Position numbers and translations under genes: made by a program. The notes beneath the pieces were generated by a model. That model worked only from the letters and a program-made list of their open reading frames with translations. It was not told where the DNA came from and did not search any database. A DNA stretch of 64,000 nucleotides. Origin: the human T2T-CHM13v2.0 reference genome, Homo sapiens. The stretch lies in NCBI RefSeq assembly GCF_009914755.1, contig NC_060931.1, one strand, 5' to 3'. This document shows positions 49,394 through 64,000 of the stretch, piece after piece (within the stretch, counting starts at the first letter, position 1; every line of letters starts with the position of its first letter).

Positions 49394-51040
49394 TCACTAG
49401 ACGAGTGTCTTCCTGAGGGAAAGCAACAGGAGGGTTTTATGGGGAGGTGGAGGGGGGAGAGGGTGTGTCATTGCATGCAGAGGAGGGGTCCCAGTGGTGC
49501 AGATGCAGTGAATCATTATGCCAGCACATAGGTTTCAAGTTATAGTAATGAAGCTATGGTTCCTCCCGTGGTGGAGACTTTAGCATGGTAATGAGGAAAG
49601 TTTACTTGGGTTCATTTATAAATTGTCAGTGTTTGTCGGGAGCTGGTTCCAGCTGACTAGGTGACCACATTCCACACAAAGTGTGGGAAAGAGCAGGCTG
49701 CAAGGCAGGAGGCTGTAAAACAGGCTGATTGCTCAAGTTGATTAAATTCCTGTAGTATCTGGAAACCCTCCTTGTCTGCTTAGAGGAAGTGGAGGTGAAG
49801 GAAGTAAAGGAGTTCAGACAACTTAAACCCAAGACAGCTTTATTTGGAGAGTTTGGCATGAAGCCCTTTAAAAATGAGTTTAGGGTAAATAATCATTATA
49901 AATTCCATTAATTAATAACAAAGTATTAACTACTGTGTTTAGAAGAAGTAGGGATATAAATGGACAGTTTTTGCAGGCTACTGGGAAACTTTATAAAAAC
50001 TACTCATTCTTACCTTGTTTTTTTTCCCTTTTTATCAAAGCTCAATGTAAAACAATATTTAAAAAATATAGAAAATAAAATCTTGGTGGCTTTTCTCCAG
50101 TAATAACCATGGTTGATATTAAAATACTGCTGTATTTTAATTCAGTATTTAACACTGTATAGTCAGCATTTTTCTGAGTCTGTTCTTCAATACTATGATC
50201 ATTAATAACTACATGGTATTCTGTTTTATTAATATATATCACAGTTTAGTTATATATATATCACAGTTTAGTTAACAGTTCTTACTGTTGAACATTTAGG
50301 TTATGCTTTCGTTATATCCTGTTATAAATTGTGCCACCACAAATATCTTTGTTCGTACATCTTTGTGCACGTAGCCAATCATTTCCTCAAGAAAAATTTC
50401 TAAAAGTAGAATTACTAGATCCAAAGGTGTGCTCTTTTTGAAGATTCTTAATGCATGTTGCCAAATTATTCTCTAATCAAGATCTTTTTTCTATTGACCT
50501 TTTATTAGTTTTTTTAAGAATACATTTTTTTAAAAAAAACCTCAAACCTGAAGAAGAGTTGCAAGATTAATAACAAAGAAACTTTTTGTCCGGTGGATCA
50601 TAAATTGCTTAGTATGCCATTACTCCTAAATACCTTACTTTGCATTTTCTACAAAGAAGTACATCCTCCTACATAACCACTATACAACCAGTAAAATTAT
50701 CTAATTCTTAGCCATCATTCAGGATTGTCCCAGGTTTCAATACTGTCATTTGTAGCAAAAGGAATCACATTTGGTTTTTGTGTCTCTTTAGCTTCTTTCA
50801 GTCTGGAACAGCTCCTCTTTCTTTGACTTTTAAGACCTGACATATTTATATTATAGGTCAGTTATTTTGTGGAATGCTCTGCAGTTTGGATTCTAGCTCA
50901 GTTTTAATATTTAGGGAAGACTCATTATAAAATAAATTTTTCCCAACTCTCCTTGATTTAACTTGAATGCACATGCAAATAATGAAAAACCCACAGTAAC
51001 TATTAGTCACCAAATGAGGAATTTAAAAATAATATTGATT

Positions 51041-51398
<358 letters not shown>

Positions 51399-51435
51399 TT
51401 ATTCCCTCATTTTAAAGAGTAATATACAATTTTAA

Positions 51436-51657
<222 letters not shown>

Positions 51658-53584
51658 TAAAATATTACAAATACACATTTTCAGCTATTGAATCTTAGAG
51701 AGCTTTTCAACTTGCCCTGTATGTACATATTCTAGATATGCTATATATCTGCATATTCAAAGTCAGCTTTAATGTTGGGCATTTTGGGCTATTCTGATGG
51801 GAATAGAAAGCAGGTAGAAATAAGTGTTTGCTGTCTGAAAAATTTCCACTTTCTTTTTATATAGCCAAGTGATGATTCAGAGTTAGTTTACAAAAATGGT
51901 TTTATTACTTTTCTTTTTTATTTTCTTGATGTTTATTTTTTTTGGTTACCTAATCACAACTCATACAGGTAGAAGGTGGGGGCTTATCTACCCTCATCAC
52001 TCCCTATCACTGCCTTTCTGAATGAGCAGTATGTTAAAATTACAAGTATTTCTCAGTATGAAAAACAAGTCTTCTTAAAGCAGAAATGGAGAAAGTCTTG
52101 GACTTTGTCACAGGCTTTTACAACTTGCAGCACATCCTCTGGTTACTGACTAGAAAGAAGGTCTTCCTCCTGCATTTTGAAGACTTTGCATGTTAAAAAA
52201 GAATGCTTTGTCCTTGCGAATTATGTGAACTGTGAAATGCTTCTGTGCACCACAGGGATATGCACCATTGCCTTTGTAATCATTTAATTTACCTGGTTTA
52301 ATTTTCTGTTCACTACAGTGTAATTTAGAAAATGTATCATACTGAATTGCGAAGCAAATTGACAATTTTAAGACTCTTCGAAAGATTGGAAAGAACATTT
52401 GAACTGTATCACTGCTGCCATAAATACTAAACAGTTCAAGTCTTTTTACCAAAATAATTGATTATTATAAACCCAGAGTAAGAGAATAAGTGTGGTTATC
52501 ATTTGGATAAGTTTCCATTTTTGCTGTTTTTTATTTGTTATGATCAGTTTCGACCAAAAATGAAATATAGACAAAAGTTGACTCATTTGTAGAAGAGAGA
52601 ATATTTAAAATCAAGTGGGTTTTGTTGTTGTTGTATATATTCTTTATTTTGTTGTTTTTTTCCTCTAATTAGTTATGAAAGTGTATGTGTGCACGTGTGT
52701 ATCCATCTGTTTACTGGTGTGTGTACATTTTCATTCTATAATACGTAAACTTTGATTAGCTTTTGAATGAATATTAGGTATCTGGCATATAACAATTATT
52801 TACTAATTTTGCCTGTCACCATAGGATACATTATATTCAAAAGAGAACAAAGTTGATGAAGAGCTAAACAATAAAACAGACCTAAAACATACTCTTGGAC
52901 AGGCCAAAATTTGCTTCAATCTCTGGGGAAAATTTAATTTTAGTTCGCTGCAAAACTATCTTAATAGGAGGAGCTGTATTTTTTATTAAGTCGATCAATG
53001 GATATACTAATTTTTTGATGCTTTTCTCATTGTCTATGAAATAGTTTCCTGTATCAGAAGGAGATATAGTAATAAAGGGTTTTTTCACAGATGACTAAAC
53101 TTAATCCTGAACAATTTTCTGATGTGGATGGACAACTATTATTATTATTATTATTCCTGTTTTAGATATTAAGTTCTCTGAGATATTAAATAGTTTACCC
53201 AACGTAAGTACTTGAGCCAAGATTTTAATCTAGACATCTGACTCCAAATTCCCCTGCTTCCAGTTTGAAATGAATTTTCAGGAGAGACTCTGGCTTGATT
53301 TTAGTGAATGGTTAGATCATCTTTAATTTTGATGACATTTACCAGACCCTATGTGGTGTGTATGTTATATATATAAATATATAGGTAAACTATTTACTAT
53401 GTATATTAAATATGAAAAGGAAACAGAAGTAGACACTTCTGTTTTAAAGTTCCAAGTTCTGAGCTCATGCTTTCTAGTTTAGGAAAATAAAACTATATTT
53501 TAGAATGACTGGCAGGGCAGGTATATTTGGGTATGGCACTTATGGTCTCTCAAAGTCTTTGATGTTGATTTTTCTATATTTTAG

Positions 53585-53698
<114 letters not shown>

Positions 53699-53898
53699 TG
53701 ATGATATTTTCTAGGTAATTCAGGGTCATTCCAGGTCCACACACTGAGATGTATGGAGCAAATGTCATGCCTGGAATTTTATAGGATTTGTGGAAGAAAA
53801 ATTATTGTGAGTTTGTACATTTATTTTAGAAAATATCCTGTTACTTTCAGGAAAGTGACACCGTTTTCTGATGTTTTGAAAATGTTTATATTCCTTAG

Positions 53899-54003
<105 letters not shown>

Positions 54004-54914
54004 TAATGACCATTTGACAGAAAAAAAGGACATACTTGATTAAATCATTAAGGCTGGGTAAATATAATCTAATAACAGAAATAGTATCTAACATATATTA
54101 AATGAGTAAGTGCCAGGTGCTTTATAGGATCTTCACAAAATCTTGTGTGGTGTAGTTGCTTATTATTATTCCCATCTAAAAGATGAGAATACTAAGGCTT
54201 GTAGTGGTTAAGTAGTTTGCCCAAGGTCTTACACCAAGTAAGTTGGGGAACTAGGGCCTGAACCCTGTTAATCTTCAGAGGCTGTCCTTTCCATACTTTC
54301 TGTGGAGCATGCACATTAAATGAAACCAGGTGTTACTAATGTTTAAATGATGTTTACCTTTCTTGGTAAAGCCAAGGAGACTTTCAGTAGATCTTTTCTT
54401 GTTGCTCAGCTTGGTGTATCTCTTGCATTAGCTGCTGAGGAAACAAGGGAGTACTTTGAGACATGATAATACCATGCATATATTATTGGTCCTGCAAGTT
54501 TAGAATGCATCTTTACACACTTTATGTTTTCATCCTCCCAGCAGCATCCTCATACCTATCTCCAAATATTTAAGCCTTTACATCAATACTAACATTTGAG
54601 GCTTACTTCCCCTAAAGAAATCTAATTCTTGTTTTCTCATACAAAATCTGGTGTAATAGTCTACGTTATTTCTATCTGTCTCTCACTTTACTCTGTACAT
54701 TTCATGGAGCAGAGCCAGGCACTTAGACAGTAATTGGTATACATTCTCAGTAAATATTTGTTGAGTGAATGAATAAATATGCACTCTCTTAGTGATAATT
54801 TGCTGATTGAGTAACTTTAAAGAGTTAAAGGAGGATGGGATATGAAACTATCATAGTAAGTATCTACTGTGTGCCAGAGATTATGCTAAGGACTTTTGTA
54901 TCATCTTATATCTG

Positions 54915-55124
54915 AATTTCTCAACTCTGGCACTATTGACATTTTTGGCTGGATAATCCTTTGTTGTAAGGGTATGTCTTGTGCATTGTAGAATATTTAG
55001 CAGTATCTCTGCATTCCACCCATTAGGTGCCAGCAGCACCCCTCCTAGATGGGACAGCCAAAAATGTCCCCAGACACTGCCAAATGTTCCCTTGTGGGTA
55101 AAATCACCCCTGGTGGAGACCACT
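54915..55124. mobile_element. MER20
   Basis: ttctcaactctggcactattgacattt...ccaaaaatgtccccagacactgccaaatg. Confidence 0.88.
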
Positions 55125-55865
55125 CTCTGAGATAATGCTCACAAGCACACTTTTGGGATGGGCATTATTATCTTGATTTTTACAGTTAAGCAAACTCAGT
55201 CTCAAGGAAGTTAAATAACCTCTATACAGGCTCACTTAGCCAGTAAGGAATAGATGTACAGTTATGCCCCAGATCTGCTGGCAGCAGTTTCTGTTGTTTC
55301 CACTCTACCACTGTGTCTCCTGGCAGCTTTTTAAGACGAGCAGGCACTGGCAGAGATCTCTGAAAGCACTCTGTTAAAAAGAAGATTAAACCAAATGTGA
55401 AAGACATTCTTTGATTTTGGCTACCACCCCTGTTTATTCTGTCAGCTTTTTCCACTGCCGTAACAAGACATCCTGAATTATTTATCTTAATCCTCAATGT
55501 TTTAAGTCTGCCCATCTACAAAATGCATTTAATTACACTGTTTTCCCTTTGATTTATACAACTAGGCTCCCTGTGATATAATTATTTCAAGGAACAAGTA
55601 GAAAATAATACTATTAAAATACATAAAATAAAATGGCATGACTGCCATCCCTCAAAGTAAGTTATAGCTGTACCAGTCAAGAGTCAAGTGAGATCTTTTT
55701 TGCCACTTTCTTTACCATCCTCCCTAACTCTCACCTGCCACCCTAGACTCCTAGGGCAGCCAGAGGCAGGACAGTGAATGGAGGAGGGAGAATAGAAGAA
55801 AAAGATAAGAAACTGTGTGTATCTCTATTTTTTTCTACCTGTATTTATAATAGTGTATCTATAAG

Positions 55866-56078
55866 CCAGCATTGGCATGCTTTTTCTATAAAGAGCCAGA
55901 TAGTAAATAGTTTAGGCTTTGTGATCATAAAGTTTCTGTTGCAGCTCAGCTCTGCCTTTGAAAGCAGCCTTTGAAAATACAGAAACAAATGGGCATAGCT
56001 GTGTTCCAATAAAACTTTATTTATAAAGATAGGCAATCAGTGAAGTTTGACCCATGGGCCACAGTTTGCAGACCACTG
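55866..56078. mobile_element. MER58A-like
   Basis: taaagagccagatagtaaata...ctgtgttccaataaaactttattta...cagtttgcagacc. Confidence 0.85.
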
Positions 56079-57460
56079 CTGTTAAAGAGTGCTTGTTTAC
56101 TTGTTTATTACTTTTCTTCTCCCATTATAATACAAGGGTATTTATTGGCAAGGATTTTGGTTGATTTATATACTGCTGTATCCTAGCACTTAGTGCAAAT
56201 CCTCCCTCCCTATTCTTTCTTTTAGAAGTTTCCTGGAACTTCTTGAACATTATGCACTCCTCTAAACTACCCCAAATTTGCTCATATTTCTACCCTAGAT
56301 ATTCTAAAATGTTGGCTTGTCTTAGTCCCAAGGAAGAAGAGAAACGTGAAATTAAATTTTCTTATTTCCTTATTTTTAACCCACATTAAGATGCAAGTTC
56401 CTGATGAGCAGGGTTCTTGTGTTTTGTTCTCCATTGAGTTCCCAGTAGTTAGAACAGTGCTTGGCACGTTATTAAATATTTGATGAATGGATGAATGAAT
56501 ACATATTTTGTTTGGGTCTTCTAAAAAAAAATACTTGTTGAAATCCAGATTGGAGTTTATAGTGGGCAGTGCATGTTCTAGGAACAGCAGGAGACTCAAA
56601 TGCCTGTAGAGTTCTGAGCAGCTAGAGAAGATAAAGCTTATCTAGAAAGTGAGGGAAGCAGAATAACATGTGCCTTTGTGTGAGCAGACACAAAGCATGT
56701 AAGGATACAGCCCTGAATGCTAACATTTTGGATAGAGAAAAAGAGAAGGATTGAGAAGGGAAGGGGAAGTACTTTAACTATATATCTCAGGTCTGTTTCA
56801 TTTTAATGAGTACTCCTGCAATTCACATTTTTAACCTAATGAAGTTAAACATTTATTTGTATAACTCTCACACTTGCAAGAAGTATTTGAGATGATGGAA
56901 AACAGAAAAACAAAAATGCCTATATGAAGACTTAAATAATAGAAACACTAGAAAATAATAAAAGACCAAGATCTAAATCCATGTAAAAATGAGGCAGGGG
57001 AGAAGAAGGGTAGAAGAAACATGGGAGGAAATAGCTTTGTCAGAAAATCTAATTTTTGTGGTTCAACCCAAAATGTAATTTTTTGATTCTTGGTAGATAA
57101 GGCAGAAAAGGATAATGTGATAAAAGTGTCGGTGAGAATGAAGAGTAAAGGGTAAATTCAAAAGCTATTAGTACAGAAAAATTACTAGAACCTGGACTAA
57201 CTGGCCTGTCTTGTGGAATTTAGCAGTATAATATAAGGCTTATGTGTAATGACTATGGAAATTACATCATACACAAGAAACTGTTTCTTAAAACTATTAA
57301 AATAAAATTTTTTTCAGTAACTGTGGTTTTGACAGATTACCATCTTACAGTAGTTTAAGGTATTTCTAGCCAAACAATTTTCATTTTGTTTTTTTTAGAT
57401 GATATTGTAAGATTTTTTTTTCTCCCTACAGTTTCACACGTTGATTTTTGTTCATTTTAG

Positions 57461-57541
57461 TTTCAGCCTATGGGCACTGTGTGCCGAGAAGCAGTAAATG
57501 ATTGTGATATTCGTGAAACGTGCTCAGGAAATTCAAGCCAG
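57461..57541 (+). CDS. ADAM22: ADAM22 exon ~18: [27 protein letters not shown] (non-RGD disintegrin loop)
   Basis: cattttag| acceptor, CAG|gtaatt donor; 81 nt, phase 0-0. Confidence 0.95.
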
Positions 57542-58076
57542 GTAATTTACAAAATAACTGCTCTAAAACTTATGGGAAAAAGTGGGGGTATCTTTAGTGC
57601 ACTGACCCTCAAAGAGAAATGTAAATGAACAAGATGCTCGTGTCTCTTTCACATCATTTCTCCATTTTTTTTAGGAATTTAAGTTTCAGTGATTGAAGCT
57701 TGAGCAGATTTTGAACATAATTTTGTCTTAACGTTGAACTAACCTCAGACTGCGTGCATGCCTTAACTATTTTGTTTTTGTATTAAGTAGGTAGTACAAG
57801 GCATTTTCTTTTCATCTACTTAGTAAAGGAAGAAACAAATAAACTCTCTTCAGCTGATTGAACAAGAAGTCAGTGGAGGCAGGGACTCACAAACACACTG
57901 GATTCTTAGAGAGGACCCTTTTCTTTCTCTTGACTCTTATCTATGATAGCTTGCATCGCCTCAGCCATCAATAGCTGCTCTTGAATTTTATAGCACTTAG
58001 TTATAGATAGACAAGCTAGAGAAATTGAATAAACTTTGGTGGGAGTTCACAGATTTCAAAATGGTCACTGTACATA

Positions 58077-58870
58077 CAGACGGTCCTCACTTTGAAGGGT
58101 AGTGCCAAACCATAAAAATGACCATGCAAGCTGAGACTATGCAAAGTCATTTTAATAATCAAAGGAAAATACTGCACTTGTTTTGCAGTCCTCAAAAAAT
58201 GCTGTCAGATTATTAAAAACTCTCTTACTGTTGGTTTTAAATGGATAGGAAGGTGAAAGAATAGTATTTATTTAGCATACTGTACATTAAAAGAGAAACA
58301 TTGAGAATTAAAGGATTTTATTTCTTTGTAAAAACCTTAGGAGTAGTTTGAATAGAGCTTGCCTTCTTATAAGCTTTATGATATAGAGTGAGCATATTTT
58401 CTATGCCTTGTTGAACTGTCACACCCTTTTCTAAGTTTGGATCAGCTTTCAACATTTTACAACATTTTATTCTTTGTGCTTTCAATGTCATGAGATATCC
58501 CTGAGAGATGTGAAGATGTGAATGTGAAGTTTCTTGCTGGCGTTACCCCCTCTGGGACATCGTCACCTATATGTCACAATCACCTTATTCACCGATGTCA
58601 TTAAGTCCTCCTTCAGCAAGTTCCTCTGGTTGCATGTCTAGAGGCTCTTGAACAGCAATATTGACATTCCCACAGTCAGCAATTTTTTTCTGTAACTCCA
58701 TTTACAAGTTCAATTTGCATTTCACTTCTGGTGTCATCACTTTTCTTTGCTGCACTTTCATCTCTGTTGGCCAGTTTCCTCTCTTGGTATTCCGTTTTTG
58801 CAAAATGGCACATGATATCATCAGAAGACAAAGAGGCAACATAATTGCATGCTTTGCTGTCTGTTTATAC
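58077..58870. mobile_element. Tigger-family DNA transposon (Tigger6-like)
   Basis: TA-preceded cagacggtcctcactttg...ccataaaaatgaccatgcaagctga. Confidence 0.6.
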
Positions 58871-59464
58871 TCATTCAATATTGCCTTATAATTTTTCATA
58901 ATTGCTGCAAGGAAAAAAGGATTATAAAGTGTGCCCTTTTCTGACATTCTTAAAGTGGACTTTGGCTTGAAAGTCATTATTTTTAGTATAAGGGCTATGT
59001 TTCTTCTCATGGCAAAAGAAAGGAAACTAGTTATTGCTCCATTTATGCAGACTTACTCTTTGTTTATTGTCCCCTTCTCTTTCTTGCTCTGAAAAATAGT
59101 ATATCTGTATGAATCAAGATACTTTTAAATGTATCATTAATTGAGTCTATGGTAGTCAGTTCTTTTTATTTGCTGCTATGTAATCAACTGTTTTTGCCTC
59201 TGGTAGATTCATATTTTCAGGGGCAAGTGTACCCATTGTTTTTCCTCTTGCTTTCTCTTTTATTTTTTTAATTTATTTTTTACCAAATACCCAGACTTCA
59301 AGGACATCCACTTGCTCTTGACCTCCTTTGCATTTTGTTTTATAGATGGTATAAGGGACTAGCCATATTAACAAATATGTTTTTAAAAGTGAAAACATTA
59401 AAGGGTTTAGCTCAGCCTTATATTTTGCACTGCATTTCATTCATAGTTGTTCTCTTTTTCCTAG

Positions 59465-59515
59465 TGTGCCCCTAATATTCATAAAATGGATGGATATTCA
59501 TGTGATGGTGTTCAG
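59465..59515 (+). CDS. ADAM22: ADAM22 exon ~19: CAPNIHKMDGYSCDGVQ
   Basis: tttcctag| acceptor, CAG|gtaggt donor; 51 nt, phase 0-0. Confidence 0.95.
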
Positions 59516-59740
59516 GTAGGTCACTTCATTTTTACCTATGTTTTTCACATGTACCAGCATGAAAGGAATACTGAAATCTTATCAAAATAGGAAGATCAAT
59601 TTAAATGTTTGTAATCAATTCTGAAGATAAAAGGCCTCTCTACTATTCATCTATTATTTTTCCCAATCATAGTTTCTTTTTCAGTTATCTGACATAAGCA
59701 GATATTGCATCGCTAATGGGTATTTGCTTTTCCGTTTTAG

Positions 59741-59804
59741 GGAATTTGCTTTGGAGGAAGATGCAAAACCAGAGATAGACAATGCAAATACATTTGGGGG
59801 CAAA
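59741..59804 (+). CDS. ADAM22: ADAM22 exon ~20: GICFGGRCKTRDRQCKYIWGQ(K), Cys-rich domain
   Basis: gttttag| acceptor, A|gtaagt donor; 64 nt, phase 0-1. Confidence 0.96.
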
Positions 59805-61094
59805 GTAAGTAAATAGTGTGGCTTGATCATTGTTAAAGCATGATGTCAGGCGGACTTCTCAAGGACGTGTGTGCTGGAAGTAAATTTTTGACTACTTTAT
59901 GACTGGGGGATTCTCAAAGCTACCACAGGTCTTAGCAGGGGCATGTTTCTGGAAATTAGAGTAAGGCACCCCTTTGAGAAGCAGCCCCACACATCTTGGC
60001 TAGTTGGCAGTGCCTGTGGACGAGACAGAAAGTGCCTTTGCTGCCAGGCAGATGGAGCCCATGCCAGGGTGCACAGCTTGGAGAATAGAGCAAACCTGGA
60101 TTTCAGCTCCATGTATACTCTTCTCAGCTGAGTGCCCTGAAGCTAAAGCTTCACAACCATATGGGATGGACGTGGACCCTGGACAGGACGTCCTTAACTT
60201 AGAACAGCAGCATTTTATCTAGAGTCATTTTTTTCCTCCTTGGATATTTTTCTTAAACTCTAGTTGGCTTTCCTAGTTACGCACTTCTGCTAAAGTGGCT
60301 TTGCTGTATCAGAAAGAAATGTTAATGTTTAGCCTTTAAAGTCTGTCAGATTTTCAAAGGAAAATATATGATATTTAGATTTAAATTATACTCTATTTAA
60401 ATGTTTATTTAAATGTTGAGTAATGTATTGTTTCCTAGAAGTACTACTAGCCCAAACTTTTGGAAGCAGTTTTTGTTTTAAACTGTTTCAGGAGACAATT
60501 TGTAGTAGGAAAAAGGCTATAAAAATAATGATAATTCTTAATAGTTATAAGTAGGTGCCACAATCCTTTTAGGAGGGGAAGTGTATGCTCTCTTTAAGCA
60601 ATTGGAAACATTGGGATGGGAAAACATTTAGTCAGGCAGGTTTGTACTCCGAAAAAAGATATCATTTTTGTTTTATCCACTTGAGCAAAAATAGTAGCTG
60701 ACAACAAGAAGTAGGAAACATAACTACCGACATAACTATTGTTTTTTTTAAAAATATACCAACAATTATCCTTTGATTAGTTTGCATTTTGTCCTAATTC
60801 TTAGATAACTCTATCAACTGTCCCTGGTTTTAGAAAAGATAAAAGCCTGAAAAAGATACTGATGTACCTTAAAATGTTATTTGACTTCCAGAGATTTAGC
60901 ATGAATTCAAGCTTGTCTTAAAGCAAAGTAAAATTGCTTTTGATAGCTGCTAAGAAGTGGGGAGCAAGGTAGAAATTGTACCACTGTTTCTTGAATCTAA
61001 TTACAGGATATAACTATTATAATAAACTTGTCTTTATGATTAACAAAATATGCTGAATGAGAAATTCATGTATTATATTTAGCACTGAGATTAA

Positions 61095-61410
<316 letters not shown>

Positions 61411-61704
61411 AATTATTGGCCAAATTCTAAGGAGTGTTTGTTTTTGTAGCCTACAGCCTGAGTCCCAACAGAGAACTAAATACATTTGTTTACTAAATTT
61501 CAAATGAGCTTTAATGAAAACCTATCTGAGTCATGGATATATATGATCCATGGTAAAACTGTGAACCGTTCGTTGGTAACATTTTTGGAATTGATAACAC
61601 TGTAGTGATGAAGAGTCCTTATATTACAATTTTTCTTTTCTGCAAAGCTTTTGAGCAGCCAAATCGTACTTCCCTCACTGATAGAAAATTTTTTTCTGCC
61701 TTAG

Positions 61705-61810
61705 AGGTGACAGCATCAGACAAATATTGCTATGAGAAACTGAATATTGAAGGGACGGAGAAGGGTAACTGTGGGAAAGACAAAGACACATGGATACAGT
61801 GCAACAAACG
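61705..61810 (+). CDS. ADAM22: ADAM22 exon ~21: [34 protein letters not shown](R)
   Basis: gccttag| acceptor, CG|gtgagg donor; 106 nt, phase 1-2; visible inside ORF 61605..61814. Confidence 0.96.
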
Positions 61811-62494
61811 GTGAGGTGGAGACGTCAGCCCAGAATTCATCCCTTGGTCAATTACAAGTGTACTTTTTTGAGTGACTAGGAAGTTTCTGCTTTCTGCATC
61901 ACACAAAGTGTGCTCTTGCCTCCTTAACCTCATCTCTTCCCAGTGTTCCAGCATCACCTGTGCAGAGGGCTTCCAAATCTTGAACATGTGTGCTCACCTC
62001 TCTCCTAAGGCCCAGGTCATACTTGCCCCCACCTCAGGATTTTCTTACCTAGAAGACACCTTTTAGCATCTCAAAGGCAAAAGAACTTAAAGCCACCAGA
62101 ATATGCACTGAGTGCTGTTGAATTGAATTAACTGGCTCTAACTTTCCCAAACCACCCCCTTTTTGCCAAAGGTCTCAATATTTCACTGTCCTTCTGTCTA
62201 GAAGCCTTAAAGTGATCCTTCCCTCTACACATTGTCCAAATGCTAAATTACATCCATTCTTCCCTTTGCTTTGCCACCATTTGTCTTTAATTCATGTATT
62301 CACTTACGTTCCTATTACCATTACCTGAACTAAGACCTATATTAATCCTTCAACTATTACAAAATTCTTTTAACAGTTTTCTGTGCCAGCATTCCCTAGT
62401 GTACTACTATCAGAATAATCTTTTGGGTCTTTTTTACTGTCAATTCTTTGTTGAAAGTTCACTGGTTCCACATGACTAATTAATAGTGAGAACA

Positions 62495-62712
62495 GTACCC
62501 AGCACTGATTGAGTGAACACTGTGTGCTAAGCACTGTATCACACTTTACATAAGCTATGCCATTTAATCTTCATGGCAGTCCTCCCATTTTATGGAGGAG
62601 GAAACTGAGACACAGTTAATTTGTCCGAAGTCATGTATATGGGATGTAATAATAAGCAGAATTAGAATTTGGAGAGTATGATTTCAGAACTCTCTCTTCA
62701 CCATTTTGCTGA
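62495..62712. mobile_element. MIR
   Basis: catttaatcttca...cccattttatggaggaggaaactgagacacag. Confidence 0.7.
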
Positions 62713-63726
62713 ATGTCATAGTCTTGTTAACAAATTAAATGGAACCTTAGCTTGGCACTGCACCTATTCAACAATTGTCCCCAACCTACACTTTTTGTCA
62801 TTTCATTTATATTCTTCCAAATCTAGCAAACCTTACCATTCCGAATATGTCCCTACCTCCATGCCTACATTTATGCTCTATAATCCTCCAGAAGCACCCT
62901 TTAACTCATACCATCATCAGCCAAAAATATACCTATTCTTCAAAGCCCAGCTTGGGAAACACTTTCTATATATAAATTTCTTTATGATTTACTCTAGAAA
63001 TAAATTATCTCTCTCTTCTTTGAACTTCCACAGCCCTTTGTACTTATTTGTCCGTAATTTTGTTTTATAAGTTGTTTATGTGTGTGATTTATCTTCTTAT
63101 TTAGAGTATAATTTTCTTGTGAATAAAGATCATATCTAATTGTCTTTATATATCCTGATTACATAGGTTCATATACATAAATGACATTCAAAAAAGTTTT
63201 GAATGAATATCTCTTCTCTGTTGAGAAAGCATTTTTGTTTATGATAGATACAGTAAAATGATAACATAATTTTAAAAAGCATTTTTAAAGAATAAAGTAA
63301 TACATTCTTTTCTATGTTGGTGAAAAATACAGGTTCTAATTTTTCTTTTTTCTCCATGTGGTAAAGTCTGATACTTTTGTATATAATCTTGCTGACTTAC
63401 TAATTACTCTTCACAAGATATTTTAAAAATATGTTTATTGTTATCTCTACTAATAATTAAAATGTGTTGGATATAAATAATATGTAAGATAGTATTAACA
63501 ACAGTAAAGATATTTTATAAGTTAAGTTAGAATCATATGTAATAGTTGGGGAAGTACTGAAATATATTGAAGAAAGGATAATGAGCCTTTGTAGTTGGCA
63601 GTCTGTAAAATAAATGCAGCCTATAATTTCTTCTTTAATTCTAGGGCAACAGGTTGAAAAAAACATCTGTATTCCAAAAGAATGCTCATCCAAATATCAT
63701 TCAATTACCAATTAAAAAAAAAATTG

Positions 63727-64000
63727 TCTGGGCACAGCATCTCATGCTTATAATCCCAGTGCTTTGGGAGGGTGAGGAGGGAGGTTGCTTGGGGTCAGGA
63801 ATTCAAGGCCAGCCTGGGCAACATAGTGAGACCCTGTCTCTGTGAAAAATTTAAAAGTTAGTTGGGTCTGGTAGCATACACCTGTAGTCCCAGCTACCTG
63901 GGAGGCTGAGGCAGGAGGACCACTGGAATCAGGAGTTTGAGGCTGCAGTGAGCCATGATTACACCACTACACTCCAACTTGGACAACAGAGTAAGACCCT
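63727..64000 (+). mobile_element. AluJ-like, cut by the window end
   Basis: agcctgggcaacatagtgagaccctgtctc...gaggctgcagtgagccatgat. Confidence 0.9.

Noticed and set aside
61605-61704. In-frame upstream extension of exon ~21 with an ATG
   Set aside because: Only ~33 codons, within chance expectation, with no promoter evidence.
62669-63070. 133-aa ORF
   Set aside because: Non-ATG start, overlaps MIR/L2-like degraded sequence, no recognisable domain, and not linked to an exon.

Overview
Primate, most likely human, genomic DNA: an AT-rich, repeat-dense internal segment of ADAM22 on the + strand. I assembled 17 GT-AG coding exons (1397 nt) into one continuous reading frame running GGEHCYYQG...WIQCNKR, which matches my recollection of human ADAM22 at about residues 131-596. 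These are probably exons 5-21; the numbering is inferred. They cover the end of the prodomain, the furin site, the catalytically dead metalloprotease domain, the disintegrin domain and the start of the Cys-rich domain. The rest is intron filled with Alu, L1, L2, MIR, MaLR/LTR and MER/Tigger elements. No prokaryotic features, RNA genes or CRISPR arrays were seen. Most notable observations: (1) the furin-site exon stays open in frame for 156 codons into the intron, with two strong in-frame alternative donors and downstream poly(A) signals; (2) a 77-bp near-perfect inverted duplication brackets an L1 3' end; (3) two rearranged Alus share a rare diagnostic 3' end; (4) Alu orientation switches around exons 8-13, whose back-spliced circle would have no stop codon. 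Repeat subfamily names and boundaries are by eye and approximate.
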